DNA of 63,256 nucleotides, counting the filler, from Sphacelaria rigidula (taxonomy: Eukaryota): assembly GCA_964200075.2 (NCBI GenBank). It is 10 parts of 10 records of this genome, joined end to end, with 100 filler letters (N's around TTAATTAATTAA, not from the genome) between each part and the next. Parts side by side here need not be neighbours in the genome. Positions count along the whole stretch, not along the records: positions 57,022 to 63,256 come from CAXNAA020021327.1; 9 more parts are not named here. One strand, given 5' to 3'. The translations under genes and the position numbers were made by a program. Shown in pieces: positions 62,123 to 63,256 of this stretch (position 1 is the stretch's first letter; every line of letters starts with the position of its first letter). Under the pieces are notes generated by a model. The model made no database searches and was not told the origin of the DNA. It saw only the letters and a list, made by a program, of their open reading frames with translations.

Positions 62123-63020
62123 ATATCACATTAGCTGATTGCAACAATCCAGCCCGTGGTCAGGAGCAGCAAAAATAGAACAGAATAATAAAAAGAAAAA
62201 AGAAAGATAGAAAAAGACAGAAGCCACGGCCTCAGAAAGTAAAGAAACTGAGCAGCGAAGACAACAAAAACAACACCACCACCACCAACAACAACAAACA
62301 ACAGCAACAACAATAAACAACAACAGCAGTAACAACAAAATAACGACAAACACAAACACAAACACGCATATTCCAGCCTTGGTACGATCACGTTCATCAG
62401 CATACATATCTTAATCCAAGTATCTAGGTGCGAGTCTTTGGGGATCACGTCCATCCTGCCTATCTGTGCCTTACCCTTTTCTATTACTTCATCCATGCGT
62501 GCATCCCAAGAACAGTGTTTTCAAATCTCGACGCCAAGGTATGTATACTGGTCTACGATCGGAAATTCCTCCCCTTCCCACTTCCATTTGAACTCTGTCC
62601 GATTTTTCCTATTTTCGTTGCAGACGAATACCGCACATTCGTTGACGTACGCTGTCACTCTCCATCTCCCAGTGTATTCTAGCGCCTCCTCTATTTGTTT
62701 TTGCAATCATTCTGCTGTTCCTGAGATCCCCACAACATCATCCGCGACCATCAATCCTGATACCATATCTTCACCCACCTTGACTCCTTGTTTTTCTGCT
62801 TTTATTGCAATTATCAAGTCATGAACACATACCTTGTATAAAGTGGGTGATAATGTACATCCTTGTGCAACTCCTTGAAGAATATAAAAGTATTGCGATA
62901 TTTGCCCGTCTAGCATCATAGCATGTTCGGCACATTCTGTCATCTTTTTCACCATTCTCCACATCTTTCCTCTAATTCCAGTTTCCCCATAACTTTTTCC
63001 ACAGCCCATTTCTCCATACT
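61111..63020 (-). mobile_element. Family B: 5'-truncated RTEX-like LINE (RT plus C-terminal Cys/His region), decayed
   Basis: ETGIRGKMWRMVK, QGVAQGCTLSPTLY, GLMVADDVVGIS, YTYLGVEI, VPRLEYA..VWEG, C-terminal C.CG..ES..H..EC remnant; ends GCAACAAATGAGTACG plus a C-run. Clade assigned by motif recall. Confidence 0.88.
62088..62365 (-). mobile_element. (TCAA)n-tailed retroposon nested in the LINE RT region
   Basis: (ATTG)8 tail, GACCACGG motif and T/GTT-rich body; splits the LEYA|GEVWEG motif. Confidence 0.8.
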
Positions 63021-63053
63021 GTGTTATGAGCCGTTTTTCCTCTTTTCTTTTTT

Positions 63054-63256
63054 GGGGGGGTCGTACTCATTTTTGCTTGCCTCAGTAGTGTGACAATTGA
63101 CCACGCATCCCTTTCGAGACGAAGCAATTTTACGGAGCATTTGTTTTTTTTGGGAGGGGGGTGTACTCATGACCATGCATGCCATAGTCACAAGACCATT
63201 GACCTCGCATCCCTACGAAGCCGGGACGGAGCACGCCGGGCTTTGGCCGGACCAGG
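63054..63256 (-). mobile_element. Stacked family B tail (63062-63126) and family A copy (63162-63256)
   Basis: Each is preceded on + by TTTTTTTGGG(A)GGGG, a TSD-like repeat. Confidence 0.88.

Overview
Eukaryotic nuclear DNA, most likely a brown alga or related stramenopile. This is inferred from the long repeat-filled GT-AG introns, short exons, TTAGGG-type repeats and Copia/RTE/RTEX content; it is not verified. The window is not a contiguous locus: it is ten unrelated, length-sorted contigs (six of 6236 bp, four of 6235 bp) joined by identical 100-bp linkers (N44-TTAATTAATTAA-N44). Most six-frame ORFs are spurious. Spliced gene fragments can be rebuilt from splice sites and compatible phases: a PPR protein (5 exons), a transportin-3/importin-13-like karyopherin (5 exons), the C-terminus of an AP-3 delta-like adaptin (3 exons), one YjbQ/UPF0047 exon, a Lys-rich protein, a probable type II membrane protein, and an orphan gene built by tandem exon duplication. 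The rest is mobile DNA: decayed Copia elements, an RTE-like and an RTEX-like LINE, two tRNA-headed SINE families, a (TCAA)n-tailed retroposon and several MITEs. The most striking system is a pair of non-LTR families ending in ...ATGAGTAC with no poly(A) or microsatellite tail. They sit against C-runs, with C-rich target-site duplications where these can be read, and stack into each other's ends.
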